NCBI GenBank assembly: GCA_903861205.1
Contig: CAIOTC010000003.1
Coordinates: 7,964 to 71,963, forward strand
Source: an uncultured bacterium
GTDB lineage: Bacteria > Patescibacteriota > Minisyncoccia > Phycocordibacterales > DATDWN01
Direction of reading: 5' to 3'
DNA: 64,000 nucleotides
Part shown: piece after piece, positions 17,616 to 26,798 of the stretch
How positions within the stretch are numbered: the stretch's first letter is position 1
Layout: every line of letters starts with the position of its first letter
Program-made: the position numbers and the translations under genes
Notes under the pieces: model-generated
Database searches by the model: none
The model's input: only the letters and a program-made list of their open reading frames with translations
What the model was told of the DNA's origin: nothing

Positions 17616-18998
17616 ATGTTGTTGTGGTATAATGCATTTATGAACAAAAAACAAAATAAATTTTTAACGTTAAAAACCAGACCAAAGCCGAAAGACAGGC
17701 TTTTTGTCAGCGAAATTTTGGACAGGAAAATCGAAGAAATATCGAAGTTAATAAAAGATAAAGACATAAAAAGGATGTTTGGCCAGTGCTTGCCGAACAC
17801 GCTGGACACCACGGTTCATCCGGATATGTTTATTTACACGGGTGACATACCGGCTATGTGGCTTCGGGACTCGACCAACCAGATTTGGCCTTATCTTGAA
17901 TTTATAAACGAAGATGAAAAAATAAAAAAATTATTTGTCGGACTGATAAAAAAACAATCGAAGTCCCTTTTAATTGATCCTTATGCCAACGCCTTTGTCA
18001 GGGACGGAGATAAAAAACGCAATCCTTGGTGGCCGAAAGGGGATGCTTGGAAAAAGGGAGTTTGGGAGAGAAAGTACGAACTGGACAGTCTGGCTTCTTT
18101 TCTGAGATTATCGTCGGGATATTTTAAAAAGACAAATGATATTTCCGTTTTTGATTCGCAATGGATGAAAGCTGTCAAAAAAATTGTTGAAGTGGTGGAA
18201 AAAGAACAGCATACTCTCTCAAAGGAAAACTCAAAATCAATGTACAAGTTCTACACTCCGGCTGGGAAAAGTTTCCCGTCGGTCAGAATGAGAGGTTACG
18301 GATATCCTGGAAAAGAATGCGGACTAGTGAGGGGTGTTTTCCGTCCTTCCGATGATGAATCTGTTTTTCCTTACCTCATACCGGCCAACGCGATGTTTGC
18401 GGTCGGACTGAAAGAAGTTTCTGAAATATTAAATAAATTAGATAAATCTGATTTAAAAATTAAATTGATTCAAATCGCGCAAAAAGTTGATACAGCGATA
18501 AGAAATTTCGGCATTGTAAAACACAAAGAGTTTGGCGACATTTTTGCCTATGAGATCGATGGTTTCGGTTCCGTGTGCCTGATGGACGATCCAAATATTC
18601 CGAGCTTGCTTTCTCTGCCGTACTTGGGCTATCTGGACAAAAGTGATCCGATTTACAAATCCACCAGAAAATTTATTTTGAGCAAATCAAATCCTTTTTA
18701 CGCCGAAGGTAAAGTTATCTCGGGTCTGACCAGTCCGCACACGGGAGTTTTGACGCATTTCTGGCCGATGGCTACGATAATGCAAGCCATTGTCTCAGAT
18801 GATGAATCGGAAATTATTTCTTGTCTGAATGTTTTGAGGAAAAGTCACGGAGGGACTTTTTTCATTCACGAAAGTGTTAACGTGGACAATCCAAAAGATT
18901 ACACCAGGCCGTGGTTTAGCTGGGCCAACTCTTTGTTTGGAGAACTTATTTTGAAAATTTACAAAGAAAATCCAAAAATTTTGGAGAAGGAATTTTAG
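17616..18998 (+). CDS. DUF1237 / glycoside hydrolase family 125-like protein (putative exo-alpha-1,6-mannosidase)
   Basis: [12 protein letters not shown] motif, recalled as characteristic of GH125; 460 aa. Confidence 0.45.
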   Translation: MLLWYNAFMNKKQNKFLTLKTRPKPKDRLFVSEILDRKIEEISKLIKDKDIKRMFGQCLPNTLDTTVHPDMFIYTGDIPAMWLRDSTNQIWPYLEFINEDEKIKKLFVGLIKKQSKSLLIDPYANAFVRDGDKKRNPWWPKGDAWKKGVWERKYELDSLASFLRLSSGYFKKTNDISVFDSQWMKAVKKIVEVVEKEQHTLSKENSKSMYKFYTPAGKSFPSVRMRGYGYPGKECGLVRGVFRPSDDESVFPYLIPANAMFAVGLKEVSEILNKLDKSDLKIKLIQIAQKVDTAIRNFGIVKHKEFGDIFAYEIDGFGSVCLMDDPNIPSLLSLPYLGYLDKSDPIYKSTRKFILSKSNPFYAEGKVISGLTSPHTGVLTHFWPMATIMQAIVSDDESEIISCLNVLRKSHGGTFFIHESVNVDNPKDYTRPWFSWANSLFGELILKIYKENPKILEKEF

Positions 18999-19002
18999 AT
19001 AA

Positions 19003-19030
19003 ACAAAAACCACCGCTTGGTGGTTCTTGC
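19003..19030. terminator. Bidirectional terminator hairpin (aaaaaccaccgcttggtggtt) between the GH125 gene (+) and tmRNA (-)
   Basis: 7-bp stem; A-run on one side and T-run on the other. Confidence 0.5.
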
Positions 19031-19033
19031 AAA

Positions 19034-19422
19034 TGTGGAAGTGCCGACATTGAAGTCGGATGCAAAGAAAGAATTGAAATGGGTCTACAACGCTTAGTTT
19101 GTTTCAGGTTTTAGATCTTGCAGCTATAAAACAAACAAAACACTGCAAAATCGAGTCTCTATTTTTTAGAAAATTTTATGAGACAATAAAATTTTCGAAT
19201 CCGAATTTATTAGAACTACGTATCCCTATCGGATGTTGGGAAGGTAATCCTTTCTTACGCTCTCGCGTAGGAAAAAGCGAAATTGTTTGCCGTAAAATAC
19301 GGAGAAACAGTTGCTCGTTTAGTTAAGTTGTTTACACTTAGCTTTCCGGACTGTTTTAGAAGGATCCGGTACTTCGCGTCGCGCATGACAATGTGCAATC
19401 TATGTCAAAACCTGTCACCCCC
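19034..19422 (-). ncRNA. ssrA: tmRNA (SsrA), ~387 nt; proposed tag ANNFAFSYARA
   Basis: - strand 5' GGGGGUGACAGGUUUUGACAUAG...; 3' T-arm CCGACUUCAAUGUCGG; acceptor CACUUCC pairs with GGGGGUG including G3:U70; resume GCA at 19290, stop UAA at 19257-19255; immediately downstream of smpB. Confidence 0.7.
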
Positions 19423-19556
19423 ATACTAAAATACAATTTAAAATTTTTAATTTAGAATTTAAAATTAATTTAAAAATTGAATCATTGAAAATTCAATAAA
19501 AATTAAAAATTTTAAATTAAAAATTATTCTTGCATTCTCGCATCAGAGTGCCAAAT

Positions 19557-20000
19557 TTATTTGTCAACGAACTCGCGGCGGGTTTCTCGTTCAGTTTCGC
19601 GCTTTTTGGTCGTTTCGCGCTTGTCGAATTTTTTCTTGCCGCGGGCAATGACCACATCCACCTTGATTTTCTTCCCTTTATTATACACCGACACTGGCAC
19701 AATTGTCAAGCCTTTGGTTTTCTCGGCTTTTTCCAGGTCGTAAATCTCGTTTTTGTGAAGCAAAAGCTTGCGATTGCGGTACGGATCGTATTCTTTTGGC
19801 GTGTTGCCGACTTGGTACGGCGGAACAAACATGCCGACCACGAATGCTTCGGCTCCGCGGACTGTGACATACGCGCCTTCAAGGGAACCATGCGCGCCCC
19901 GCAGGGATTTGACCTCATAACCAAAAAGCTCTACTCCGGCCGAGTATTTTTCCAAAATTTCGTAAAGAAAGGCTGCTTTTCGATTTGATATTAAGGCCAT
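19557..20000 (-). CDS. smpB: SsrA-binding protein SmpB
   Basis: 147 aa with the SmpB signature (GYEVKSLR...L.LHKNEI). Confidence 0.9.
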   Translation of the reverse strand: MALISNRKAAFLYEILEKYSAGVELFGYEVKSLRGAHGSLEGAYVTVRGAEAFVVGMFVPPYQVGNTPKEYDPYRNRKLLLHKNEIYDLEKAEKTKGLTIVPVSVYNKGKKIKVDVVIARGKKKFDKRETTKKRETERETRREFVDK

Positions 20001-20029
20001 AAGGTGATTTTAACATAAATTTAGTCTGC

Positions 20030-20278
20030 TTGACAGATTTTGCGGTGGGTGTAGCGTAAACATTGGAGAACAGTTGGGAGGGGAGGCAATGGGTGTGAGT
20101 CGCAACCGCGCGTCCCTGTAGGACTCCTTTTCTCTAGTCGCAAGACCCTGTTCCCGTAAAATGACCGGTCCATACAGACGCGGTCTGGGTGGGTACTCCG
20201 GAACACCTCTGGAGACCTTGCTCACGAGCCCCTCCCTGCTTACAAAGCATAGGGGCTTTTCATTTACATAACTTCACT
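20030..20278 (+). promoter_or_regulatory. GC-rich structured 5' leader upstream of ftsH with mutually exclusive terminator/antiterminator (candidate riboswitch/attenuator; class unknown)
   Basis: TTGACA at 20029; terminator gcccct(20228-33)...aggggc(20251-56)+tttt; gggagggg (20078-85) is complementary to cccctccc (20229-36), which overlaps the terminator 5' arm. Confidence 0.4.
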
Positions 20279-20315
20279 TTCATTTTGTTAGTTTTAATGT
20301 ATACTATTGTCACTT

Positions 20316-22250
20316 ATGGCCCAGGAAAATCCCAAAAAACCGACCAAGCCAGGTCTCAAAAAAACGCCCAACAAAAAGCCGGAATCGGAGGGCGGTTCTT
20401 TGGTCAGCTATATTTTGACCATTCTCATCATTTTTATCCTGCTTTCGTCGGCTTATTCTTTCTTTTCAAACAGAGCCAAACCGGCACAAAATATTTCTCT
20501 TTCACAAGTTGCCGCCGATATTGGATCCGGTTCGATTACTTCCATTTCGGTTTCCGGCGATGATTTGAGTTTGACGTACAAAAACGGCGATGTGAAGAAT
20601 TCTAAAAAGGAGCCGGGCGAAGCGTTGTCGCAAACACTGGTCAACTACGGCGTCGGCATGGCCCAGATTGCCAAAATAAATATTGATATCAAAAATGAAA
20701 ATGGTCTTGGCTACTGGATTTTGAATTTGTCGCCGATTATTATTCCACTTTTGTTCATTTTGGTTTTCATCTGGTTCATCACGCGCCAAGTCAGGGGAGC
20801 GGGCATGCAGGCGCTGACATTTGGACAATCCAAAGCGCGCATGATCGATCCGAACGACAGCTCGCAACGTGTGACATTTAAAGACGTAGCCGGAGCCAAG
20901 GAGGCCAAGGAAGAACTTTCCGAGATTGTTGATTTTTTGCGCAATCCGAAAAAATTTCTGGACATTGGCGCGAGAATTCCAAAAGGCATCTTGCTCATGG
21001 GCGCTCCTGGCACGGGGAAAACTTTGCTGGCTCGGGCGGTTGCGGGCGAGGCTGGTGTAGCTTTCTTTTCTATTTCCGGATCGGAATTCGTGGAAATGTT
21101 TGTCGGTGTCGGTGCCTCGCGCGTGCGGGATTTGTTCCTGATGGCCAAAAAAACCGCTCCGGCTATTATTTTTGTTGATGAAATCGATGCGGTCGGGCGA
21201 GTGCGCGGTGTCGGTGCTGGCGGGGGAAACGACGAACGCGAGCAAACGCTCAACCAGATTTTGGTGGAGATGGACGGCTTCGAGCCGAATGAAAAAGTGA
21301 TCGTTATGGCGGCCACCAACCGGCCGGACGTGCTCGACCCCGCGCTCTTGCGTCCGGGCAGATTTGACAGGCGAGTGACTTTGGAACTTCCGGACAGGGC
21401 TGATCGCGAAGAAATTTTGAAAGTGCACTCGACCAAAAAACCGTTGGCCGAGGACGTTAATTTGACCGTCATTGCCGAGCGCACGCCTGGATTTTCCGGC
21501 GCCGATTTGTACTCGCTCATGAACGAGGGCGCTATTTTGGCCGCTCGCGAAAACCGCCAAAAAGTTTCGCAATACGACCTCATTCGTTCGATCGAAAAAG
21601 TGATGCTTGGTCCGGAACGCAAGAGTCACATCCTCTCCAAAAAAGAAAAAGAAATCACCGCTTTCCACGAGGCCGGGCATGCCGTGCTGGCCTCCATTTT
21701 GCCATATGCCGATCCGGTTCACAAAATTTCAATAATTTCACGCGGACATGCTGCCGGTTACGTTTTGAAGTTGCCCCTTGAGGATCGCAAGTTGCAATCC
21801 AAAAAAGAATTTCTGGACGATATTGCGGTTTCTCTCGGTGGTTATGTAACAGAGAAAATGCTTTTTGATGATTTGACCACTGGACCGTCGAATGACCTGC
21901 AAGTTTCAACCGCGTTGGCTCGCGATATGGTGACCAAATACGGCATGTCGGACAAACTCGGACCTGTGGCTCTCGAAGGGCAGGGTGGAAAAGTTTTGTT
22001 TGGCCGAGGTGTGGAAGAAAACGAATACTCGGAAAAAGTTGCCATGGATATTGACGGCGAAGTTTCGCGCATCATGAAGGAGGCGGAAACGAAGGCAATA
22101 AACACCATCACTGAAAATCGCAAACTGCTGGATGCCATCGCGCATCGCCTGACCGAAAAAGAAACCATCGAACGCGCCGAATTCGAAACCATTTTGGTGG
22201 CGCATGGCATCACGCCAAAGCAAAAACTCGACATTGAGCACAGCGGCTAG
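20316..22250 (+). CDS. ftsH: ATP-dependent zinc metalloprotease FtsH
   Basis: Two N-terminal TM segments, AAA+ Walker [15 protein letters not shown] zinc motif; ATG 20316 (TTG 20307 also possible). Confidence 0.95.
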   Translation: MAQENPKKPTKPGLKKTPNKKPESEGGSLVSYILTILIIFILLSSAYSFFSNRAKPAQNISLSQVAADIGSGSITSISVSGDDLSLTYKNGDVKNSKKEPGEALSQTLVNYGVGMAQIAKINIDIKNENGLGYWILNLSPIIIPLLFILVFIWFITRQVRGAGMQALTFGQSKARMIDPNDSSQRVTFKDVAGAKEAKEELSEIVDFLRNPKKFLDIGARIPKGILLMGAPGTGKTLLARAVAGEAGVAFFSISGSEFVEMFVGVGASRVRDLFLMAKKTAPAIIFVDEIDAVGRVRGVGAGGGNDEREQTLNQILVEMDGFEPNEKVIVMAATNRPDVLDPALLRPGRFDRRVTLELPDRADREEILKVHSTKKPLAEDVNLTVIAERTPGFSGADLYSLMNEGAILAARENRQKVSQYDLIRSIEKVMLGPERKSHILSKKEKEITAFHEAGHAVLASILPYADPVHKISIISRGHAAGYVLKLPLEDRKLQSKKEFLDDIAVSLGGYVTEKMLFDDLTTGPSNDLQVSTALARDMVTKYGMSDKLGPVALEGQGGKVLFGRGVEENEYSEKVAMDIDGEVSRIMKEAETKAINTITENRKLLDAIAHRLTEKETIERAEFETILVAHGITPKQKLDIEHSG

Positions 22251-22295
22251 TTGTTTTTGCGTGGGATTGTGGTATTGTAATTACCGGAGGTTCTT

Positions 22296-22517
22296 ATGAG
22301 GCGATGCAGAGAAGTCATTGGTCATTTTTTCGGTTTTCCTGTCCACTGTAACAGCAGAATATTGACACTCTTTAAGAGAGAAAATGGAAAAATTTATTGC
22401 GAAGATGTTTGTTCGGAAGGACACAAACAATCTCTCGTGCCGGATGAATTAGACTTGTCAAAACTGCCGCCGACCGTTTCGCAAAAAACTTGGGTTTTCG
22501 GCAAATCAATTTTCTAG
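22296..22517 (+). CDS. Hypothetical small protein
   Basis: 73 aa ORF followed by hairpin gaccggcttcggctggtc. Confidence 0.3.
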   Translation: MRRCREVIGHFFGFPVHCNSRILTLFKRENGKIYCEDVCSEGHKQSLVPDELDLSKLPPTVSQKTWVFGKSIF

Positions 22518-22565
22518 ACCGGCTTCGGCTGGTCTTTACTTTTTGTTGTGGTAAAATGCCTTCAT

Positions 22566-22638
22566 ACGCGCATAGCTCAGTTGGTAGAGCGGTCGACTTA
22601 TACTCGATTGGTCGGGGGTTCGAGTCCCTCTGCGCGTA
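22566..22638 (+). tRNA. tRNA with anticodon UAU (Ile, AUA-reading)
   Basis: Cloverleaf: acceptor ACGCGCA/TGCGCGT, D-arm GCTCAGTTGGTAGAGC, anticodon loop CTTATAC, T-arm GGGGGTTCGAGTCCCTC. Confidence 0.65.
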
Positions 22639-22645
22639 CAAAGAG

Positions 22646-22694
22646 AGTTTAAAAACACCAGGTGTTTGAATTCCAACACCTGGTGTTTAAAAAT
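22646..22694. terminator. Bidirectional hairpin (aaaaacaccaggtgtt-tgaattcc-aacacctggtgttt)
   Basis: 14-bp perfect inverted repeat between the tRNA (+) and a convergent - strand gene; contains the CACCNGGTG motif. Confidence 0.4.
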
Positions 22695-23542
22695 TATCTC
22701 GGAAATTCGTCCAACAGTTCGCTCGAATTGTAAAACTGGGCGGCGAGGGCGCCGAAGCTGTATGTTTTGTCGCCGAGCGTGATTGCTGCGCCGCCGGATT
22801 GCGGTGAGGCGTTTGGTTTGGAGCCGGCAAAGCCGATGTTGTAAAGTGTTGACAAAATTTCCGGTCGATTGGAAATGTCAAAACCGGCCGATTTCCACTG
22901 TGTTTCAATTTCTTTCAAATACAGACCAGCGTACAGATAGCTGTAATAGTGATCGTGTTGGTCGGTCATTCTAGTAAACCTTTCTTGCTTCACCAAGGTG
23001 TCACCTTGGTGGGAAAAATTCAGGAGATTTTCAAATTGCGGGCCGAGATAATATTGCGAGGTTACATCTTTCAAATTTTTTTCGATTTGAATTGCCGTGT
23101 CCTCCTTGGTGCCCATCACGCCCCAGGAAAATTGCGTTTGACTGCCGAGAATTTTAAGCGGTTCAAAAAACTTTTTGAACGATTCACGATCGGTGTAAAA
23201 AAATCGAAGTTGTTCTACGACCAGCTGGGCCACGATCAGGCGAGCGGGAACACCAGCCGTGATGGCCGCTCTGTTGATTGTCGGTTGATCTTTCAAAATG
23301 GCGTTTTTGAGCGTTTGCCATTCCGATCCGGAGTTCCAAAAATAATTTTCGTTTGCCCTAGGGGTTGCCTCGGGCGAACTTGTTGTTGATGAGTTTGCGT
23401 TTGCCAGAAAACTTTCTCGTTGCGTGTCGATTATCCCGCTCGTGTTTGTCCAACCGAATTTGATCGCAAAATATCCGGCCACCAGCACAAATCCGATGGC
23501 GGCAAAAATGTAAAGGAAAATGTTAAAAACTTTTTTGTACAT
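22694..23542 (-). CDS. Hypothetical membrane-anchored protein
   Basis: Start MYKKVFNIFLYIFAAIGFV (TM), internal to ORF 22694..23566. Confidence 0.45.
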   Translation of the reverse strand: MYKKVFNIFLYIFAAIGFVLVAGYFAIKFGWTNTSGIIDTQRESFLANANSSTTSSPEATPRANENYFWNSGSEWQTLKNAILKDQPTINRAAITAGVPARLIVAQLVVEQLRFFYTDRESFKKFFEPLKILGSQTQFSWGVMGTKEDTAIQIEKNLKDVTSQYYLGPQFENLLNFSHQGDTLVKQERFTRMTDQHDHYYSYLYAGLYLKEIETQWKSAGFDISNRPEILSTLYNIGFAGSKPNASPQSGGAAITLGDKTYSFGALAAQFYNSSELLDEFPR

Positions 23543-23549
23543 TTGGTTT

Positions 23550-23620
23550 TTGTCATTCCCGCGCATGCGGGAATCTAGGTCTGGATCCCCGCATACGCGA
23601 GGATGACAGAATTACTTTGA
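23550..23620. repeat. GC-rich double-hairpin palindromic repeat (gtcattcccgcgcatgcgggaat ... atccccgcatacgcgaggatgac)
   Basis: Same family as 11238-11300. Confidence 0.45.
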
Positions 23621-23702
23621 ATTTGTATATCATAAAAAAGATTTTAATGCGAATTTACTTGTTTTTTCTTTTGTTTGTGGTAATGTATTTTCGGAGGTCG
23701 TC

Positions 23703-23978
23703 ATGTCGTTTACACACCAAGATTTAAAAGATCACTATGTTTTAGGCGGTCGGTGCCACGATCCGGCCAAAAATGACACCCTTTTTGATAGGCATGTGAA
23801 CGGGTGTTTTACAATAATTTTGAACGATTCGGTAAAAGATGACGAATCCGCCATCAAAGATGCTGATGTTTGTGTTGAAGTGGATATCATGAGGGCAAAG
23901 CCAGGAGAGAGGATTACCGCCACACTCCATTTTAACAATAGGATAGTTAAAAACTATCCGGAAGTTGTAAAAGAATAG
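23703..23978 (+). CDS. Hypothetical protein
   Basis: 91 aa ORF. Confidence 0.3.
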   Translation: MSFTHQDLKDHYVLGGRCHDPAKNDTLFDRHVNGCFTIILNDSVKDDESAIKDADVCVEVDIMRAKPGERITATLHFNNRIVKNYPEVVKE

Positions 23979-23980
23979 TT

Positions 23981-26197
23981 CTATTCAAAATGTATCGCGT
24001 TTGTTTGGTCAGATATCCGCTCCGCAAGGCACGGGTATTTTTTTAGGTTTGGGTCGGACTCGATAATTTGCGTCGCTTCCAGACGCGCAGCCTCCACCAT
24101 TTTAATATTTTTGATGGCTTCCATGGCCAGGTCGGAGATGCCCCATTGTTTTCGTCCGTAAAGTTCGCCAGCGCCACGCTGGGCCAGGTCGAACTCGGCC
24201 AGCTCAAAACCGTTTTTGGCCGTGGTTAGAGCTTTCAGACGTGCGCGAGTTTTTTCACTTTTGCTTTCGGTGAAAACGAAACAATAGGCTTGATGATTCG
24301 AGCGGATGACGCGACCGCGAAGCTGATGCAGTTGCGACAAACCGAAACGCTCGGCGCCCTCGATGATAATCATGGTGGCGTTCGGCACATTGACACCAAC
24401 TTCCACCACCGATGTGGCCACTAGAATATCGATTTTCTTCTCGGCGAAATTTTGCATCGTTTTTTCTTTTTCGGCCGGAGTCATTTTGCTGTGCAGAATG
24501 GCGATGTTCCATTTTTGAAAAACATCTTTTTTGAGATGCTCGGCTTCGAGTTTGACCGATTTGGCGATGACAGCAAGCTCTTTTGTCGGATCCGGTTCGT
24601 CGATTCGCGGGCAGATGATATAAAGTTGTCGGCCGTTTTCGAGCTCTTGCGAAATTTCGTTGTAAGTTTTTTCACGCTCGGTCGGCAAAATAATTTTGGT
24701 GATAATCGGCTTGCGACCGACGGGCATTTGGTCGAGCAAAGTCAAATCCAAATCTCCGTAAATAGTGAGCGACAATGTACGGGGGATTGGCGTGGCAGTC
24801 ATGGTTAGTAAATGTGGAGCGACGCCGGATTTTGTGGTTAGCTTTTGACGTTGAGCTGTGCCGAAACGGTGTTGCTCGTCAATAACAACGAAAGCCAGAT
24901 GTTTGAAAGCGACGGATTTATAAATCAAAGCATGTGTGCCGATCAAAATTGGAACCTCGCCGTTGGCCACCCACTTCAAAAGCTGAGCGCGCGAAATGTG
25001 TGTCGGTTTGGTTTTGTCTGATTTTGACGGGAATATCTGGCAGCCACTGCCCGTAATCAGGCCGATTTTAATTGGCAGGTGTTTGAAATATCCGATGAAA
25101 TTTTCGTAATGTTGTTTGGCCAGAATTTCTGTCGGCGCCATGTAGGCCACTTGTAAATTGCCGAAATCTTGGCCGTTTGGTCGGCTTGTCGCTACAGCGA
25201 AAGCACAGGTCGCCGCCACTGCTGTTTTGCCGCTTCCGACGTCGCCTTCGAGAAGTCGTGACATAGGATGACCTTTTTTGAAATCGGTCAAAATGGTTTC
25301 GATTGATTTTTTCTGGGCTTCTGTCGGGGTGAATGGAAATCGTGAAATGAATTCATCGATAGATTTTTTGTCGGCGGTGACTGTAAAACTTTTTTCACTT
25401 TGCCATATTTTTTTGTCGCGTTGTTTTTGAAGCTGGATGAAAAAAATTTCCTCGAAAGCGAATCTTTTTCGCGCCGACTCGGCGTCTCGCGTATTTTTCG
25501 GCGTATGAATCCAAATAAGCGCTGTTTTCAAACACGGCAAATTGTATTTTTCCAAAATTTCGGCCGGAATTGGATCCTCCAAATTAGCAAGAACTGTTCT
25601 TGCTAAACTATCACCACGGAAGATTTTCTCGATGGCGTGATAAATCCAATTCGACGTGACGCCGGCCGACTCCGGATAGACTGGATACAAACTGTGTTCG
25701 TCGCCGCTCTCTCCAAACAAACTTTTGCCGACGCCGACGGGAATGGAGCGTGCAACCTCAACTTTTGGATTTGAAAAATATAGCTCTGATTTTCTCTCCG
25801 CCACTTTTCCTTGCACGCGCACCGTCGCGCCTTCGTGGAGCATTTTGGCAATATATGGCTGATGGAACCAAACAATTTTTATTTTTCCAGTTTCATCGGA
25901 CAGCGTGGCGTCAGCCATCGGAATTCTACTGCGGAAACCCTTACTTGTTTTCAGTCCCGTGACAGTACCGAAAACCGTCGCTTCCTCGCCGACGGCAAGC
26001 GAGTCAATGTATTTTATTTCCTTGGTATCGCCATATCGCACCGGAAAATGATACAGCAAATCCCGCACGGTTTTCAGCCCCAGCTTATCCAGTGCCTTCT
26101 TATGCGCCGGCAGTATTCGCAGGATGTCCGAAAGTGGCGAGTTCAAATTCATGGCTTCATTATGGGCTGTTTTGGGGAAAATAAAAAGTGCTTGCAA
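23981..26197 (-). CDS. recG: ATP-dependent DNA helicase RecG
   Basis: 738 aa; wedge domain plus SF2 helicase motifs (GDVGSGKT, DEQHRFG, TATPIPRTL); carries an in-frame REP palindrome at 25584-25606. Confidence 0.9.
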   Translation of the reverse strand: MQALFIFPKTAHNEAMNLNSPLSDILRILPAHKKALDKLGLKTVRDLLYHFPVRYGDTKEIKYIDSLAVGEEATVFGTVTGLKTSKGFRSRIPMADATLSDETGKIKIVWFHQPYIAKMLHEGATVRVQGKVAERKSELYFSNPKVEVARSIPVGVGKSLFGESGDEHSLYPVYPESAGVTSNWIYHAIEKIFRGDSLARTVLANLEDPIPAEILEKYNLPCLKTALIWIHTPKNTRDAESARKRFAFEEIFFIQLQKQRDKKIWQSEKSFTVTADKKSIDEFISRFPFTPTEAQKKSIETILTDFKKGHPMSRLLEGDVGSGKTAVAATCAFAVATSRPNGQDFGNLQVAYMAPTEILAKQHYENFIGYFKHLPIKIGLITGSGCQIFPSKSDKTKPTHISRAQLLKWVANGEVPILIGTHALIYKSVAFKHLAFVVIDEQHRFGTAQRQKLTTKSGVAPHLLTMTATPIPRTLSLTIYGDLDLTLLDQMPVGRKPIITKIILPTEREKTYNEISQELENGRQLYIICPRIDEPDPTKELAVIAKSVKLEAEHLKKDVFQKWNIAILHSKMTPAEKEKTMQNFAEKKIDILVATSVVEVGVNVPNATMIIIEGAERFGLSQLHQLRGRVIRSNHQAYCFVFTESKSEKTRARLKALTTAKNGFELAEFDLAQRGAGELYGRKQWGISDLAMEAIKNIKMVEAARLEATQIIESDPNLKKYPCLAERISDQTNAIHFE
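25584..25606. repeat. REP palindrome (ttagcaagaactgttcttgctaa), in-frame inside recG
   Basis: Perfect palindrome; encodes LARTVLA within the RecG reading frame. Confidence 0.6.
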
Positions 26198-26235
26198 AAT
26201 TAAAACAAATGTGATTTAATAAATGTGGAGGTTTT

Positions 26236-26529
26236 ATGAGCGATGTTCGTATTCCATTTCACGAGGCGGTGATAGGTGTACTCCATAACGCATCCGGTTT
26301 CGGTCTAGTGACGGTAGGTGAACTTTTGTGTAAAACGGTAATACCAAAAAATCACGACAAGATTATGTGGGCATGGGAGAGACGTTGTCAGGACACAAAT
26401 TTCAATCCGCTCACGAGACAACTCGTCATTGACTCAATCGTAAGAAACAAAAAGGAAATCGAGGAGAAAGAAGAGAAAAATAAAAATCCTCTCGATCGAT
26501 TTCGACTTGAAGATGAAAAACACGCCTGA
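26236..26529 (+). CDS. Hypothetical protein
   Basis: 97 aa ORF with a charged C-terminus. Confidence 0.3.
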   Translation: MSDVRIPFHEAVIGVLHNASGFGLVTVGELLCKTVIPKNHDKIMWAWERRCQDTNFNPLTRQLVIDSIVRNKKEIEEKEEKNKNPLDRFRLEDEKHA

Positions 26530-26743
26530 CCGAAGAACAGGGGCGGCACTATCCTATGGGACGTGTCGCTTTTTCTTTTGAAAAGCAAAATAAAAAATTA
26601 CCACTAAGCAAATTTTGTCGAGCCGACACTTTTACGGCGCATTGCGGAATGCGTGAAGACATGAGCAGGAAGAAAAATCGCAGCAGCGATTTATTCTGGC
26701 GACGGAAAAGTGTTGGGTCGTAAGAAATTTGTGATATCGGTTC

Positions 26744-26790
26744 GCTCACACCCGGTGATCACGTTGCTGCGCCGTGGACACCAGGTGAGA
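26744..26790 (-). repeat. Copy of the ~46-nt conserved element tcacctggtgtc(a/c)acggcg(a/c)agcaacgt(t/g)atcaccgggtgtg
   Basis: ~90% identical to 38423-38468 (+); two ACCnGGT half-palindromes. Confidence 0.45.
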
Positions 26791-26798
26791 GCTTCATA

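Noticed and set aside
19099-19326. ORF 19099-19326 (+, 75 aa)
   Set aside because: It falls inside the tmRNA gene on the opposite strand and is explained by the ncRNA.
20150-20210. T-box riboswitch assignment for the ftsH leader (segment ctgGGTGGGTACtCCGg resembles the T-box AGGGUGGnACCGCG)
   Set aside because: The match is only partial. No specifier-loop or stem I features are identifiable, and the downstream gene (ftsH) is not an aminoacylation or amino-acid gene. Kept only as a remark inside the leader finding.
20010-20290. tmRNA, SRP RNA, RNase P RNA or 6S RNA identity for the GC-rich block next to smpB
   Set aside because: No tRNA-like 3' end or tag frame is present, so it is not tmRNA. 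It lacks the SRP helix-8 GGAA/GNRA symmetric loop motif and the RNase P P4 consensus. The true tmRNA was found on the other side of smpB at 19034-19422.
20502-21722. Long antisense ORFs (406 aa at 20502-21722 -, 303 aa at 20711-21622 -, 314 aa at 4476-5420 -, 270 aa at 34220-35032 -, 229 aa at 35090-35779 -, 282 aa at 31130-31978 -)
   Set aside because: They lie entirely antisense to well-supported genes (ftsH, the cassette genes, pilB, pilM). They have low-complexity composition and no recognisable motifs. They are artefacts of GC-rich codon usage on the opposite strand.
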